Position numbers and translations under genes: made by a program. Positions 45,901-57,859 of a stretch of DNA of 64,000 bases are shown here, piece by piece (positions within the stretch are counted from its first letter, which is position 1; each line of letters opens with the position of its first letter). This DNA comes from Oikopleura dioica (Eukaryota > Animalia > Chordata): assembly GCA_907165135.1 (NCBI GenBank), contig OU015567.1:13206001-13270000 (forward strand), read 5' to 3'. The notes beneath the pieces are model-generated. The model was not told where the DNA came from. It did not search any database and saw nothing but the letters and a program-made list of their open reading frames with translations.

Positions 45901-48900
45901 GCGAATATTGTCTGTAAGTTAGCCATGACTGTATCGAAAATAGTTCAACTAAGCAATTTATTGTAGTGGCTTTGCTGTCGCTCCTTTTGATTGTGCTGAA
46001 GTTCGGACACTACGGCGTATTCAAATATGGAAAGTACCGCGAAAGCAAAAGAAATCAACGCGAGCTAATGGAACTTTCACAACTTGGTCTACAAGAATCT
46101 TTTGCAAGCACAATCGACTTGTCTAACCTTGCAAGATAATAAACACAAACCTGTAAGAATCATGTCTGTCGTAGTCTTTGTTTGACGAGTCGCACTGGCT
46201 GATTCGCCGCCGTCGACGCTCTAGAGTTGTTAAAATTTTTAAGTTATCGAAGTTGGGATTTACCCATGGTGCCTTGATAGCCGGTGTTAATTGTGACTGA
46301 CATGGCAGAGCGTGAATTTGTTAGTTGGACGGCGCCTTTTAAACATTGAATGAGTAATCAAGAGAGTTGGGCTACAGTGATTCCCTGTAGCGAAGAGGAT
46401 CGATTATAAATCAAGATCTCAATAATTCAAGTTACCGTAGCTGGAAGAAGTCCAGGAGCGACTGTTACTCCTGCTCACGTCCTGCTCTGGAATAACAAGA
46501 GTGGCAGACATGGCCGAAGAAGCAGTCTTGATATCTCTTGGTCGGGACTTTTCTGGTGATAAAAGGGAGCCAAGGTTGGATCTCGGTTTGAGACGATGAG
46601 GTTGAAAAATGAAATCGTTGGAAACTGACTCATGGCGAATTCGTCTGGTCGAGCGTTTTTGGGAAGTGTATCGCTTTTGAAGGAGTTATGAAAAGATTCT
46701 GTTGAGATATTCTATTCTGATAACTTATGCTGACAAAACCTTCCTTTGGATCCCAAGAGCTCGAATTCTGATCGGCTATCAAAAGAAGATTTTTGTTGAA
46801 GGTACTCTTTGGCGAAGTTTCCTCGCTAATTTGAGAGACTTTTCTATTGATAGAATTGCTTTGTGAGATGCTCTTGTGATACGATTTCGATTCTGGCATG
46901 AAAATAGCGTTATCGTACGCTTCCATTTCTTCTCTCGAAAGACAGAGCATGGGGCTTTTGGGCGAAATATGCGATCTGCTGGAGGAAGAAAGACGAGCTT
47001 CGCGATTTCTTCCCGCTGGCATTGTATGAGCACGAATGATTGAATGCGACGAGGAGCTGTCTTTTTCCTAAAAATAGACTTCAGAAGAAGAAAACTTCAA
47101 AGAGGGGGTAATTATAAATGCATAATTATCAACTTGTATATTTGCGACCTAATTCCTCGTGTACCTGTAGCTTTGAACTACGATTTCACACATATGTACC
47201 CGTTTGATCGCCGCTTGTTCCAATCAGGTGGATCCGAGCAGCTGCGGCGGATCACTTCTGAGAAGTTGCAAGTTACGATGGACAATCAGATAAAAACGGA
47301 TGTGCGCTGTATTGCTCCATCTGCTCTTCAAAGAAAAAATAATGCAACATCTGCTTGCATTAGACTCTAGCGCCAGAGCACTGGGTCATATAAAACCTCA
47401 GACGAATCTCAAGTCATCATTCAAACACAATCACCAACAAACAAACAACTAAAAAAAAAATGAAAATCTCCGGCATCATCCTCGCCTTCACCGAAGCTTC
47501 TTCCCTCTCTTGGATTGGCATCCGATCCTGGACTGGCGATATCTGCGCCTATTCCGGTCTTACTTCTCAGCAAGCAAACCTGTGTCGACGCAACAAATTC
47601 ATCGCCCCTGCAATCAAAAATGCCGCTCAAATTGCCACTTCTGCCTGCTTCGATTCTATGTCTGACACTCTCTGGGGCTGCAATGGTATCAAAACTCTTC
47701 CCAAAGAGCAACCCGAGCTTGAACATCCAACCCAAGAAAGTGCCTATCTCCACGCTCTCGCTACTGGTCATCTCAAGAATTCGTTAGAAAAGTTCTGCAA
47801 AATGGGCTCAGCCGACTGCGAGAAATTCAATGCCGAACAGTTTGCTCTTGAATTCACCGATGTTGCCGCTTTCAAAAAGAAGCACTTCCTCTTCGGACTT
47901 CACAACAACAAAATCGGTCGACACGCCGCTGAGAGCGCCAAAAATGTCGTCTGCAAGTGCCACGGTCCTTCTGGAAGCTGCGCTCAGAAAACCTGCTGGA
48001 AAGCGACTACTAACGAAGCTAAGATGAACAAAATCATCAAAGACAAATACGAATCTGCTGCTCGAATTCACCAACGACAGCTCGAAATTCTCCCCCAAGC
48101 AGTTTTCTCCTCTCTTATCAACGATCGACTCATCTTCGGAAAGAAATCCCCAAATTTTTGTGAAGTCACCCGAGGCCGAGTTTGCGATGCAACAAAATCT
48201 TACGGACCAGGAAGCTGCGACGAGCTCTGCTGCGGACGAGGATCGATTGAGAAGATCTCTATCGAAACTGAAGAAGTCTGCACTATGGAATTCGTCAAAG
48301 TAGATGGTTTCTCGTGGCCAGTCGGAGTTTCCTGCAAAGATATGTTCTACCAGAAAACTACCAACACCTGCCGTTAAAATCTTCCGATGTTGCATCGAAC
48401 TCAAAATTCATTCTCGTTTCTTCACAGTTCATTATCATTTTCTCAAATAAAAACTCAAAATCAAAAACTCACCTGAAAATGAATTCTCGGCACATATTTG
48501 ATATTGGCTAGATCTTCCTCAACAGTAATCGGGCTCTCACGGTAATAATTGAGATTGATAAAATCAGGTCGCTCATATCTGACGATTTGTCCATCAGCAT
48601 CATAAAGTCGAAATAAGGGAACAACATGCAACGGTTGCTCGCCAAGGCAGAGCAAATCCAGTCCTATTCCCAAATCGCGAATCCTGTGCTGCGTCTTTTT
48701 GTAGAGATCCTTTCTGTATTGCATTCGCTGATCTGATTTTTGGTTGAGCCCGAGTACTGGGGAAATTTGCATGTGATGGGTGCAGTCGTAGACTCCTACT
48801 CCAGCGCTTATGACGAGGATCATTTGACCAGTTCGATCGAGAACGCGATCTTTTGATGCCTCTCGAAAATATGGAGAGACATGTTGATTACTTCCACGAA

Positions 48901-50062
48901 ATTCGCTTGTGGGGCAGAGGATAGACGAAATTTAGGACCGTCGTGAATCATTCTTGGCGCTTCGGTCCCGTCTTGGAAGTAGATTTGACTGTCAGCGATC
49001 CAGTTGATCACAACTCCGCGACATTTGGCGACGATTTCAGACACTAAACTTTATTTAGGATGGTGACGATGAATGGAATTACCTTTGGCTTGATTGTCAG
49101 GCCTCAAACTTTCCCCCGCATCAGTCAAAGTCCTGTAGTGATCAATATACACAAATTTATTGTTGAGCTTATGAACATACTTCTTCCATTTGTCAGGAAA
49201 ATTGTCGAGGATATGATTGGCATGGGAATTTTCTAACATATCGATCGGGTAAAGATGCCGAGCATAAAAAACAATATGAACTTCGTGCGCGCATTTTTCT
49301 GCTAGCCATTTCAGAAGAAGCGATTCAAGGAAGCCATCGATTGCGCGTTGGTATTGCTTGTAACCGTATGAGTCGTAGTGCCACATTTCTATTTTCAAAG
49401 CGTTTGGAAAGCACGAGTGGGGAATATTTACCTTCGCTGATTTGGATGAAAAGGTAAAACAGGGCTGAAGCTGATCTGAAAGCGAAACGCGTATCTTTCG
49501 TCACGATTCCTCCCTTTTTAATAGTCTTGCCGGAGCTGTCCACGAGATGCTTGACTGTAAGTGAGAATGAGTTGATTTTCAGTGACTGGTTTTCAACTAG
49601 ACATCTTCCAGTGAGCTCTGTCGTCACAACACGCATGTCGATTCGGGAAATGTAGTAGTCTTTGATGTACATTTCAACGAGACCAATCTTCTTTTCGGCG
49701 ATATCTTTGACGAGATTCACATTGACACACTCATCATCTTTCAAATGTTCCTTGAAAATGTGCTTGTCAACATGTACTTCTCCAAAAGGAACGCTTTTCG
49801 AAGGACAAGGGCAAAGAAGAACAGGAAGTTCTGGTCTAGGATTCTGGGCATGGTCAACGGGAGCGATTTCGACGAGATCCGTCGTGTTGACTTTCTGCAG
49901 CCCATCGTAATCATCTGGGTGGAAGAGAGCGTCCGAGGAGTTAGCCAAAAGATCAAGAAATTAAAGAACACATAATTTTGGCGAACCCTTAACATGACCA
50001 GGCTGACAAGCGACCTTGTCAGTGGCGGTTCGAACCTTGTAGGATCGCGTTTCTCCTGGCAT
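42954..50062 (-). CDS. DEPDC5: GATOR1 subunit DEPDC5/IML1 (many exons; a 1.4-kb intron hosts the Wnt gene)
   Basis: TRFAFRSASALFYLFIQIS; GVDWKSMTYPACLPLTT; ELVNQRIAQGFQIV; DEP-like FSMHAVQWL; EWYQVYY...WLAAT...GFNMIPCPEDPF; QFIHKTG. Confidence 0.93.
47389..47395 (+). promoter_or_regulatory. TATA box of the nested Wnt gene
   Basis: tataaaa 65 nt upstream of the ATG, followed by a CA-rich leader. AATAAA at 48446-48451 after the stop. Confidence 0.5.
47460..48377 (+). CDS. Wnt11: Intronless, divergent Wnt ligand, most similar to Wnt11
   Basis: Signature CKCHGPSGSCAQKTCW; GLTSQQANLCRRN (cf. Wnt11 GLVSAQVQLCRSN); TQESAY; LHNNKIGR; SPNFC; CCGRG. Subfamily call is from remembered alignment only. 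Confidence 0.9.
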   Translation: MKISGIILAFTEASSLSWIGIRSWTGDICAYSGLTSQQANLCRRNKFIAPAIKNAAQIATSACFDSMSDTLWGCNGIKTLPKEQPELEHPTQESAYLHALATGHLKNSLEKFCKMGSADCEKFNAEQFALEFTDVAAFKKKHFLFGLHNNKIGRHAAESAKNVVCKCHGPSGSCAQKTCWKATTNEAKMNKIIKDKYESAARIHQRQLEILPQAVFSSLINDRLIFGKKSPNFCEVTRGRVCDATKSYGPGSCDELCCGRGSIEKISIETEEVCTMEFVKVDGFSWPVGVSCKDMFYQKTTNTCR

Positions 50063-50173
50063 TTCACATTCTTTTACATTAAATTTAATGCCATACGAAA
50101 ATAAATTGAAGCAAATAGCTCGGATTATGGTTTATTTTTTGTTGTTTGGGCATTATCAGCAGAAAATAAAAAT

Positions 50174-51327
50174 TTAGATTTGAAGCCGTTGAATTGATTT
50201 TGAAGCGATTTCGTCGATATCATCCTCGATGGCTAAAACAATGATAAATATCTTTCTATGAATGGTTCTCTTACTGATAACTCTGGGTCCTTCTTTCTTT
50301 AACCGAGCGCGTTCTGCCTTTTCACGGAGCTTTTGCATTTTCTTTTCGCGCTTTCTATCTTTGTGGCTCATCTTTGGACGTGGCGTACTTCGTTCTTCAA
50401 TTATTGTGACTTCTCGCTCGTTATCGTCGAATTCAAGGAAGACTTCTCTTTTTCATGGGCTAGTATTTGTAGAAAGGTTATCATTTAAACGATGAATTAC
50501 TGACAGAAGTGAATATTATTGAGGTCATTTTAAAATAATATTCTAAGCTCTATATTTTCCCTGAAGAAGAAAAAGTAGTTTTTCATTTCATAAAAACTGT
50601 CAAATTTTAGACCGATCGCGTCATTTAAATTGAATAAAAACAGGAAATCCTTTCTTATTTTTCCGCCCTTTCCTGACATCCGCAGCCTTGTCATAATTCA
50701 AAAACAATAGGGCTGGTCGATCACTTACATCCCCGATCTTCCTGATTGAGGAGTAGTGTTCCCAGTCGTGATACGCAAGATGAATCTGTCTCTCTGGATT
50801 GCTAATAGCATCAGACACCGTCCAAACGGCTTGACCTGCTTGATGAATTTGAATTTCTACTTGGAATTTTCTAGCAATCGCTACAAGGGCCTAAAATTGG
50901 TTTAAATCGGTAAAAAACGTTCTTTTCTACCTCATTCCCGGCAAATTCTCCAAGTGTACTCGTCTCTCGAAGGAAAGCATCAAAATCGCCATCGATAAAT
51001 GGCTTGAAATCGTCCTCATAATCTTTCATGAACTGCACACAGTCTCTTCGAATTCTATGATGATGAACTTCTGATCCCCAAATTTGATCGGATATTGCAC
51101 GGAATAGACAATTTCCATCTGCAGTAGTGTCTCTGAACATCGATCGAGAACAACTAAAACTAACTCTTTGCCTGCCTCAAAGCTAATCCAAGTTCTCTCA
51201 GCTGCTTCTCCAACTCTTTATCTTGCTCTGTACTCTCCTCATTCGCTCTTTGCTGGTTTTGCCTAATTTTCTGCTCATGTTTCTCCCGCGCGTTCAATTT
51301 TCTCTCCTTCCGATCTTTTTTACCCAT
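50174..51327 (-). CDS. OTUD3: OTU-domain deubiquitinase
   Basis: LR|DTTADGNCLFRAISDQ (GC-AG intron), FAGNE, HLAYHDWEHYSSIR catalytic Cys/His motifs; basic C-terminal coil. Confidence 0.85.
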
Positions 51328-51350
51328 TCTGAAAATACCAGAAAATGTCA

Positions 51351-53670
51351 TTATTCATAATATACTATTCTTCGCCAATTTAAGAACATTTTTCCTCGTG
51401 ATTCCTTCACTCTCGAGATACTCTTCATGACCTGACACTCTGTCTGGATTTTTAAGAAACGGTCTTTTTCGGTGTCATAAAAATATTTCTAAGACCAGCT
51501 ACGATCATCTGAAAGTGAAAATCTTTCATGGCAGCTGTTTTTGTATCAATTTAAGACACCTAGTTATGATCCATAACATTGAATGAAAAATACGGATTGA
51601 GAAAAGCCGATAGCCCAGTCCAACTTTCTACTGTCTTCTTTACCAACTCGGGCGTCTTTTTTAGCTGCGGGAAACTGTGTTGATTAAACAAATCGAACAG
51701 AATTTTGTTCTTGTCAGCAGCTGCTCCGATTTTGAATCTGAGGTACTGATCGTATTTGACAGTACTGAAAGGGACTCTTCAGAATGTTTTTGTGTGGAGA
51801 AACCGTACCTTGCTATATTTCTATCAGACGCGAATGGATGAGTGATCTCTAATGAAGCAGTCGCCCGTTGTTTAGGCAGCATCTTTCCGCTAGAAAAATT
51901 CGCTGTTCAGTTTCGAATTTATGCATTTCAAATGTCACCTGAGCGAGCAAATATAGTAATGCTTCTGATCAAACTCTTCTATCCAAGTCAAGAAACCGTA
52001 CAATATAATATGCAGTGAGTCTTCTTGTCTAAGATCTTCAGTCAAAGGCGAAAGCTCTTGATATTCTTCGAGAGTTTTTCCTACAAGCTCTGCCGCGTCT
52101 CTTTCCAATCTACTATCTTCCAACACGCATTTCCAATCGACGATTGCTTCAAAACTGACATCTTCTCCGAGGTGAAGTTCTGGCTGATCAGATTTTAAAT
52201 CCTTGATTTTGGGAATGAAATTGATGCTTTGGAGATAATTTAATGCCAGTTGCGTCATGATATAAGGCGAAACTTGTCCAGAAAGACCGTGACTGGAGTT
52301 GCCACTCAATCGAGCCCAAAGACGAATGGTCCCGATGAAAGGGATGATTCGGGGGTCCAGGGAGGAGAAGTAATTATGAAGCTTCGAAATAGATGGAAAT
52401 TTTTATGAGTACTCTTCCTTGATTTCAATTAGGATTTCAAGCTTTTGAATAAACAGACTATTTCTATCAATTTCCTTTGCCATGGACAAAAGTGACGGGT
52501 CCATGTAACTAAAGTCGAATTCCAAATTCAATGGAGCAAATTCGGACTTTATGATCGGATGCTTTGCGTGGCTCAAGAGCTGTTGAGAAATGATTCCAGG
52601 AATGAGGCAGCTCTTCGATCTCTGGGGATTCATTGCTTCGTACAACTCGATCATGATCATCCTCGCTTCTTTTCGCCACTCTTGGAAGTTTTCTTGATAA
52701 GAAGCTGACGCAGAAAAGTCTTTCTCGGGGTTTTTGTCGATGACGCACAAATCAACGTCCGAATATTTATTGGCAAAGCCAGTCACGGCACTGCCGTAAG
52801 GTCGAAGCTCGAATCCTGTGAAGTTAAACTTTTGTCGCAGCATTGAATTGATGTAATCCGCTAAGAAATATCGCTCGAGAAGCGAAGAATCGTCGCGAAC
52901 AAGTTGGTGTTTTTGAAGGACTGAGAGCTGGATCGAAGCTGGCTTTTGATTCATGTAAGCAAGGGTCTCCCCTAAAATTTTTCCATAAAGAGAGAGCCGA
53001 GAAGAACTCGCGTACCTAAAGTTTGTCCTTGATCGACCCTAGAAATGCTCGATCGATGCCAAAAATCCGGATCAATATCCCGAAACGACTGATTTCGAAC
53101 GTCAAACGCCGCAATTTTCGGAATCCTGGCGATCTCGTCTTGCTTCCCATCGAGAAGAAAGAGCTTGTGAAATTTGCCATTTGAGAGAGAAATTCCAAGT
53201 TCGGCGGAAATTTTTATGTTCTGATTTTGAAAATAAGCTAGGACTCCTTCGAGACTTTCTCGGTGTAGAACGCAGACAAGGCGGATGTTTTCGCAGAGAT
53301 CGTCGAGTTTTTTGTTCTTGAGTTCAAAGTCGATTCGTTGGTCGAAGAGAATAGAAAACAATGATGATCATCAAGAAGGGTTCAAAATAGGAGCTAAACA
53401 GGATAAGGCTTTCAAAAATGCTCTTATGAAATCTCATTGAACCCTGCCCACGAGCGCCATCACTCGACAAAACTGGTTGATCAACACTTTTTGTTCAAAG
53501 TTTTGATTCTGCTGCAATTTTCTTTTCCGTTCCTGGTATCTCGCCAAAGAAGCTTTGACATTTTGATTCTTATTCGTTTGATAATTGCTCCTTCTGATGA
53601 TGCGAATGCACTTTCTGACTTCGTTTGTTAGCTGATAATAACTCGCTGGTCCGATTCGATTCATCATCAT
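51351..53670 (-). CDS. Non-canonical poly(A) polymerase/TUTase, MTPAP-like (3' end tentative)
   Basis: PYGSAVTGFANKYSDVDL (GS..DxD); third Asp in EFDFS; IGTIRLWARL..SPYIMTQLALNYLQ; LEITHPF..RNIA. The Arg-rich, acid-poor N-terminus resembles a mitochondrial presequence. Confidence 0.72.
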
Positions 53671-54337
53671 TTTTTATCCTTTATTTTATATTTAAGTTTT
53701 GATAAAGAAAAAATTTTTTGAGTTGCTTTTTTAGATTTAAATAGATAACCGAATACAGTAGAGGAGGGAAACTTAGATTTAGATATTTTTGAGAAGCATA
53801 AGACTGTTGTAACGTAAAAAGAACATGCATAAATGATCATAATTTTATATTTGAATAACTTAATTTTACATTTATGCCATAGAGAATAGAAAGATTGTAA
53901 ACAGCTTATTTTTCTTAGGATTTTGCAAATTCGAATTTGCGAATTTTTGATTTTAAGATTTTTTTTTCAATGTTTTTCCTCTTTTTCTTGGAAAACGGAA
54001 CATTTCAGGTTTAAGAATAGAAATAAATGATTGCGTGAAATAAAATCATGAAGTTGGTGGAATATAGATAGGATCAAATCTACTAGAAAATGAAAAAAAA
54101 GTGTAAATGAAGAGATGATAAATGGAAACTTTGAAGGAGCAAAGTAAAAATAAAATAAAAAGATCGATGGCGTCAAACTCAAATAGTGACTGGTGAATAA
54201 AAAGAACATCCGGGTTTTTTAGATACAGCGTTTTAAATTAAATACTTTGATAGTCTTAGCAATTGGATAAGTAGAACAGCTCGAATTTCGGTTTATGCGA
54301 GAACAGAAAAAGCCAGGAGATTTTGCAGCGGGTTAAT

Positions 54338-54495
54338 CTGGGCTCCGTAACCTGTGTAGAAGACCTGAGTAAGGGTTTGAAATATCTCTAATGATAAGCC
54401 GCGAAACGGCTTTTTTAAAACAAGGCTGCTAATCTGTTATCATTAGATATCTGTCAAACCGGACTCAGGTGTTCTACACATGTTATTGAGCTCAG
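54338..54495. mobile_element. Older MITE, same TIR family as the 4261-4477 element
   Basis: ctgggctccgtaacctgtgtagaagacctgagt vs the reverse complement of actcaggtgttctacacatgttattgagctcag. It shares ctgggctc.gtaacct...aagccgcg with the 4261 element. Flanks match 5/8. Confidence 0.6.
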
Positions 54496-55024
54496 GTATT
54501 GATATTTTTAAAAATCTCGGGCTTGACTAAAATTGCTCGTATAAGGTTAATTGGGATTCAGTCGGGTTCGTTTGTGGCAATTTTGAGTTATATTTTCTTA
54601 CAAATTCAGAAAATAAATAAGTTCAAAATTACGACAAAAATTCTCATTTCGATTAAAATGACAGCTTATTTTTTCAGAAGTTTAAAGATTGAGAACAGCG
54701 TAACATTTCATTTTTGGAAACTTTTTGGGAGCACATTTTTCGCGATTGAAATTTATGTTGAACAAGGAAAGTTAATAAATAGTTGATTCGAGTAATAAAT
54801 AACATTTCTTTCCAAATAAATAAGATCGTCGAAGTGATGCGCGAGTTGAAGGGGAACGGCTTTGGGAATACAGCTACGTAACGTACAGTGTGTCTGTTTG
54901 TATAAAAATTATCTCGGCAAAAAGAAAGAGGAGAGCGTTGTTTTTTTTTTTTGATAATTTGGCGCCCGGTTACTTTGATTTTCTGGTTGGTTTCATCGTA
55001 GAATTCGAAGAAGAAAGAGCAGTT

Positions 55025-57245
55025 TCACCACTCTCCATCTCCAGTGGCTTTTTGGAAAACGTAGTCCTTTCCATTCAGGGTCATGATACCATTCACGAGC
55101 TGGAAGCGCCACTTGTTTCGGACCCGAGCGATTTTGTCGAATTGGCAAATTACAATATTTTCTGAAGAAAAAAATTTATTCCAGATCATCTTGTTTTAGG
55201 TACCTGTTTCGAAGATTTCATTATCGTTAGAATCTGAGACATCATCGTCGGAATTGAGTGGCTCAGCGTCTTCTTAAAAATAATTATTAATCCAGGGCAA
55301 AAAAGACGGTCGATACTGAATATGTAACGAATGTAACGAATGTAACGAGTTTGCTGACAATGTAACGAAAACAGAGACATGTTGTTTTTTTGTTAGCTGA
55401 TTCTAGAAACTTATTCTAAAGAGCGATATTGGGGAGTTTAACTTTATACAACAATTAAACATATCCAAAAGAGCAAAAAAAGCTCAAAAAATACGAAATA
55501 GCGTTAATATGGTAGATTCGTTTTCCATACCTGCTCTGAATGATTCAAAACAGAGTTCCAAAACACGCGTGCGTCCGTGCGCACGCGTGCGCGTGTATGC
55601 GTGCGTGCGCACGCGCACGCGAAGATTGAGATTTCGCACGCGTGCGTGATCGTGCGCGTGCTCGAAATCCTAGAAAATTTGGCGTTTTTAGGTCATTTAT
55701 GCCGAAAAAATTTCTAGAGTCAATTTAAATGCGTAAAATTCTAGGATTTCCTATGTTTCAAAAATAATTTTGACTTGGTATTAGCAATAATTGTTCTAGA
55801 ATTGTCGATTGAAAAAAATTAGAGAAGCAAAAAATTGCTAAAATTTGGCAATTTTATCCCTTTTTGCGCACGCACACGATCACGCACGCGTGCGAACGCG
55901 TGTGCACGCGTGTTCGAAAGTCGTCTCCGCACGCGCACGCGAAATTCTAAATTTCTCCGCACGCGCACGCACGCGCACGCGAGAATTTTGCGTTTTTTGG
56001 AACTCTGATTCAAAACGCCCGCTCCGCGGGTAAAATTGTAGGAAACACAAGGGGGTGAAATAAGAAAAACAAAAAAATCTCTAGAATTTTACTGACAATG
56101 TAACGAAAAAAAGACATGTTTTTGAGTTTTCGTTACATTCGTTACATTCGTTACATATTCAGTACCGTCGAAAAAGACCCTTTTTTACCTTGAGTATATG
56201 GCGCTGGTGGAGGTTCTTCGTCGGAGCTGGAGTCTAAATCGGAAGAATCTGTGTCTATCGCTCCGTCGACCTATTTTTCGTTACTTTTTCGAAAGAGGAA
56301 TATAGAAACCTGTCCAGGACGATAATGATTTGCTTGAATGACACTTTGGTGTTGCATTTGAGGAGCTGGAGATGAAATGGGGAGACCGTGGCGCTAGAAA
56401 GGGTTTGAAAGAATGAAGATGGCTGGAACAAATACCTGAATAGTATGATTTTGGCGGATAATATGTGGGCTTATGTGGCGAGGCGCATTGCGAGATGCTG
56501 GGTGATGTGGGTGAAGTGGGGGTGTTGGCGTTTGCGAGGGGTTTGGGTGCTCATTCGGATAGGAGTGGGGCGACTGGCTGTGGGGAGGGATAGGTCCGTG
56601 CTGCGGATGCAACGCCATCGGCGAACTGGCGGGAATCGGATGGGGGTGATGGCTCGCTCGGGCGGGCATCCGCGGGTTGTATGCCTGGGTTGGGTGGGGA
56701 CGCATCACAGGCTGCTGAAGAGGAAAAGTTAGAAAGAAAAAGAGTGGAGGAACTCACAGGTATTGGTTGTGGCAGTGGTGTGGGAATTCCAGGCAGCGGC
56801 ATGACTCGCGGGCCGAGCTAGAAAATGATTGATTTTGGAGGCATAGAAATGTTGGTTTTCTTACTCTTGGATGAGGAATCTGCTGCTGCTGGATGTGGCG
56901 ATAAGGTGGCTGACGATGAAGAGGGGCTTGCTGCGGATGAGGATGATAAATGTTGGGAGTGTCGCCGGGTGGGCCGTGGCGACCAACGTAGGAACGATAC
57001 TCGTTGGTAGGTTCGGGCCCGCTCATTGCTTTCGATTCTTCGAGTTTCTTTGTCCAGAGCGCTTTCAAGTCACAAAGAACGCTCTCGTCTAGTCCTTCAT
57101 CCAGCACCGAGTCCCGCACTTTAGAGATTACTTCCTCAACCACAGACTCGTATAACTGATTTTTGCTTGGTTATTTCTATTTTCTTTTATTTTTTAATTT
57201 TATTACCCTTGGTACGGGATTGGGGACCATATTCTTTGAAGTCAT
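55025..57245 (-). CDS. GTF2A1: TFIIA alpha/beta precursor
   Basis: VPR|LYESVVEEVISKVR..LWTKKL; Pro/His/Gln-rich spacer; Taspase site GQ|VDG; EPLNSDDDV; ENIVICQFDKIARVRNKWRF...GKDYVFQKATGDGEW*. Confidence 0.95.
55316..56162. mobile_element. TA-flanked MITE with (ATGTAACGA)n subterminal repeats, in GTF2A1 intron 55273-56188
   Basis: ta|ctgaatatgtaacgaatgtaacgaatgtaacga ... tcgttacattcgttacattcgttacatattcag|ta. Confidence 0.7.
55551..56007. mobile_element. hAT-type MITE nested in the previous element, with GCACGC-type alternating repeats
   Basis: cagagttccaaaa...ttttggaactctg termini; perfect 8-bp TSD attcaaaa at 55543-55550 and 56008-56015. Confidence 0.85.
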
Positions 57246-57859
57246 TCTTTCGATTCTCTAAAACAAGGTTTCTTAGAGAGCGAGACCAGAAAGAAAATCG
57301 GTTATTGATTTCTGCTGACGGGGCCTTTGCAGCAAAGGGATGAAACAAGGCTCGCGCGCGCACATGACTAGTTGCATGGAATATACACAATAGTATTCCT
57401 TGCGCGGCGCTCAAGCAACTCCGAAGGGATGAATTTTTAATCCACAGAAAAGGGAACAATACCAACACGAAAGTGGAAAAGAGATGACAAAAGTTCGTGC
57501 GATTAATTATTCTTGCTCGCGGTCCATTCTCATGATTCCTTAAAAATAAATCCCTTCGAAGTCACCTGTGCCAGATTCACTCTTTTCGAGTTTATTTAAG
57601 TTTTTTTAAATTAACGATACTGCAAATTTGAAAGAAAGATAATTTTCTTTTCACCGGGAAAGTTTATTTTTTAAATAAGAATAAAGAAGGAAAGAATGGA
57701 TTTGTGAATGCGAATAAAATTGGGTTTACGTAAGACGGGTTTTAACAGAATGAGTAAAAAGTTGATTGCAGAAGTCTTTTTTTTAAGTTCTTGTCCTAAA
57801 CATAATTGTTTCTAAAGTTGAATCAGTCAGCACCAGTCTGGTGATTGATTTCATTCTTT

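Noticed and set aside
55316-55370. Short direct repeats (ATGTAACGA)n resembling a CRISPR array or minisatellite
   Set aside because: 9-bp units with no spacers, mirrored at 56130-56162; they are subterminal repeats of a MITE in a eukaryotic intron.
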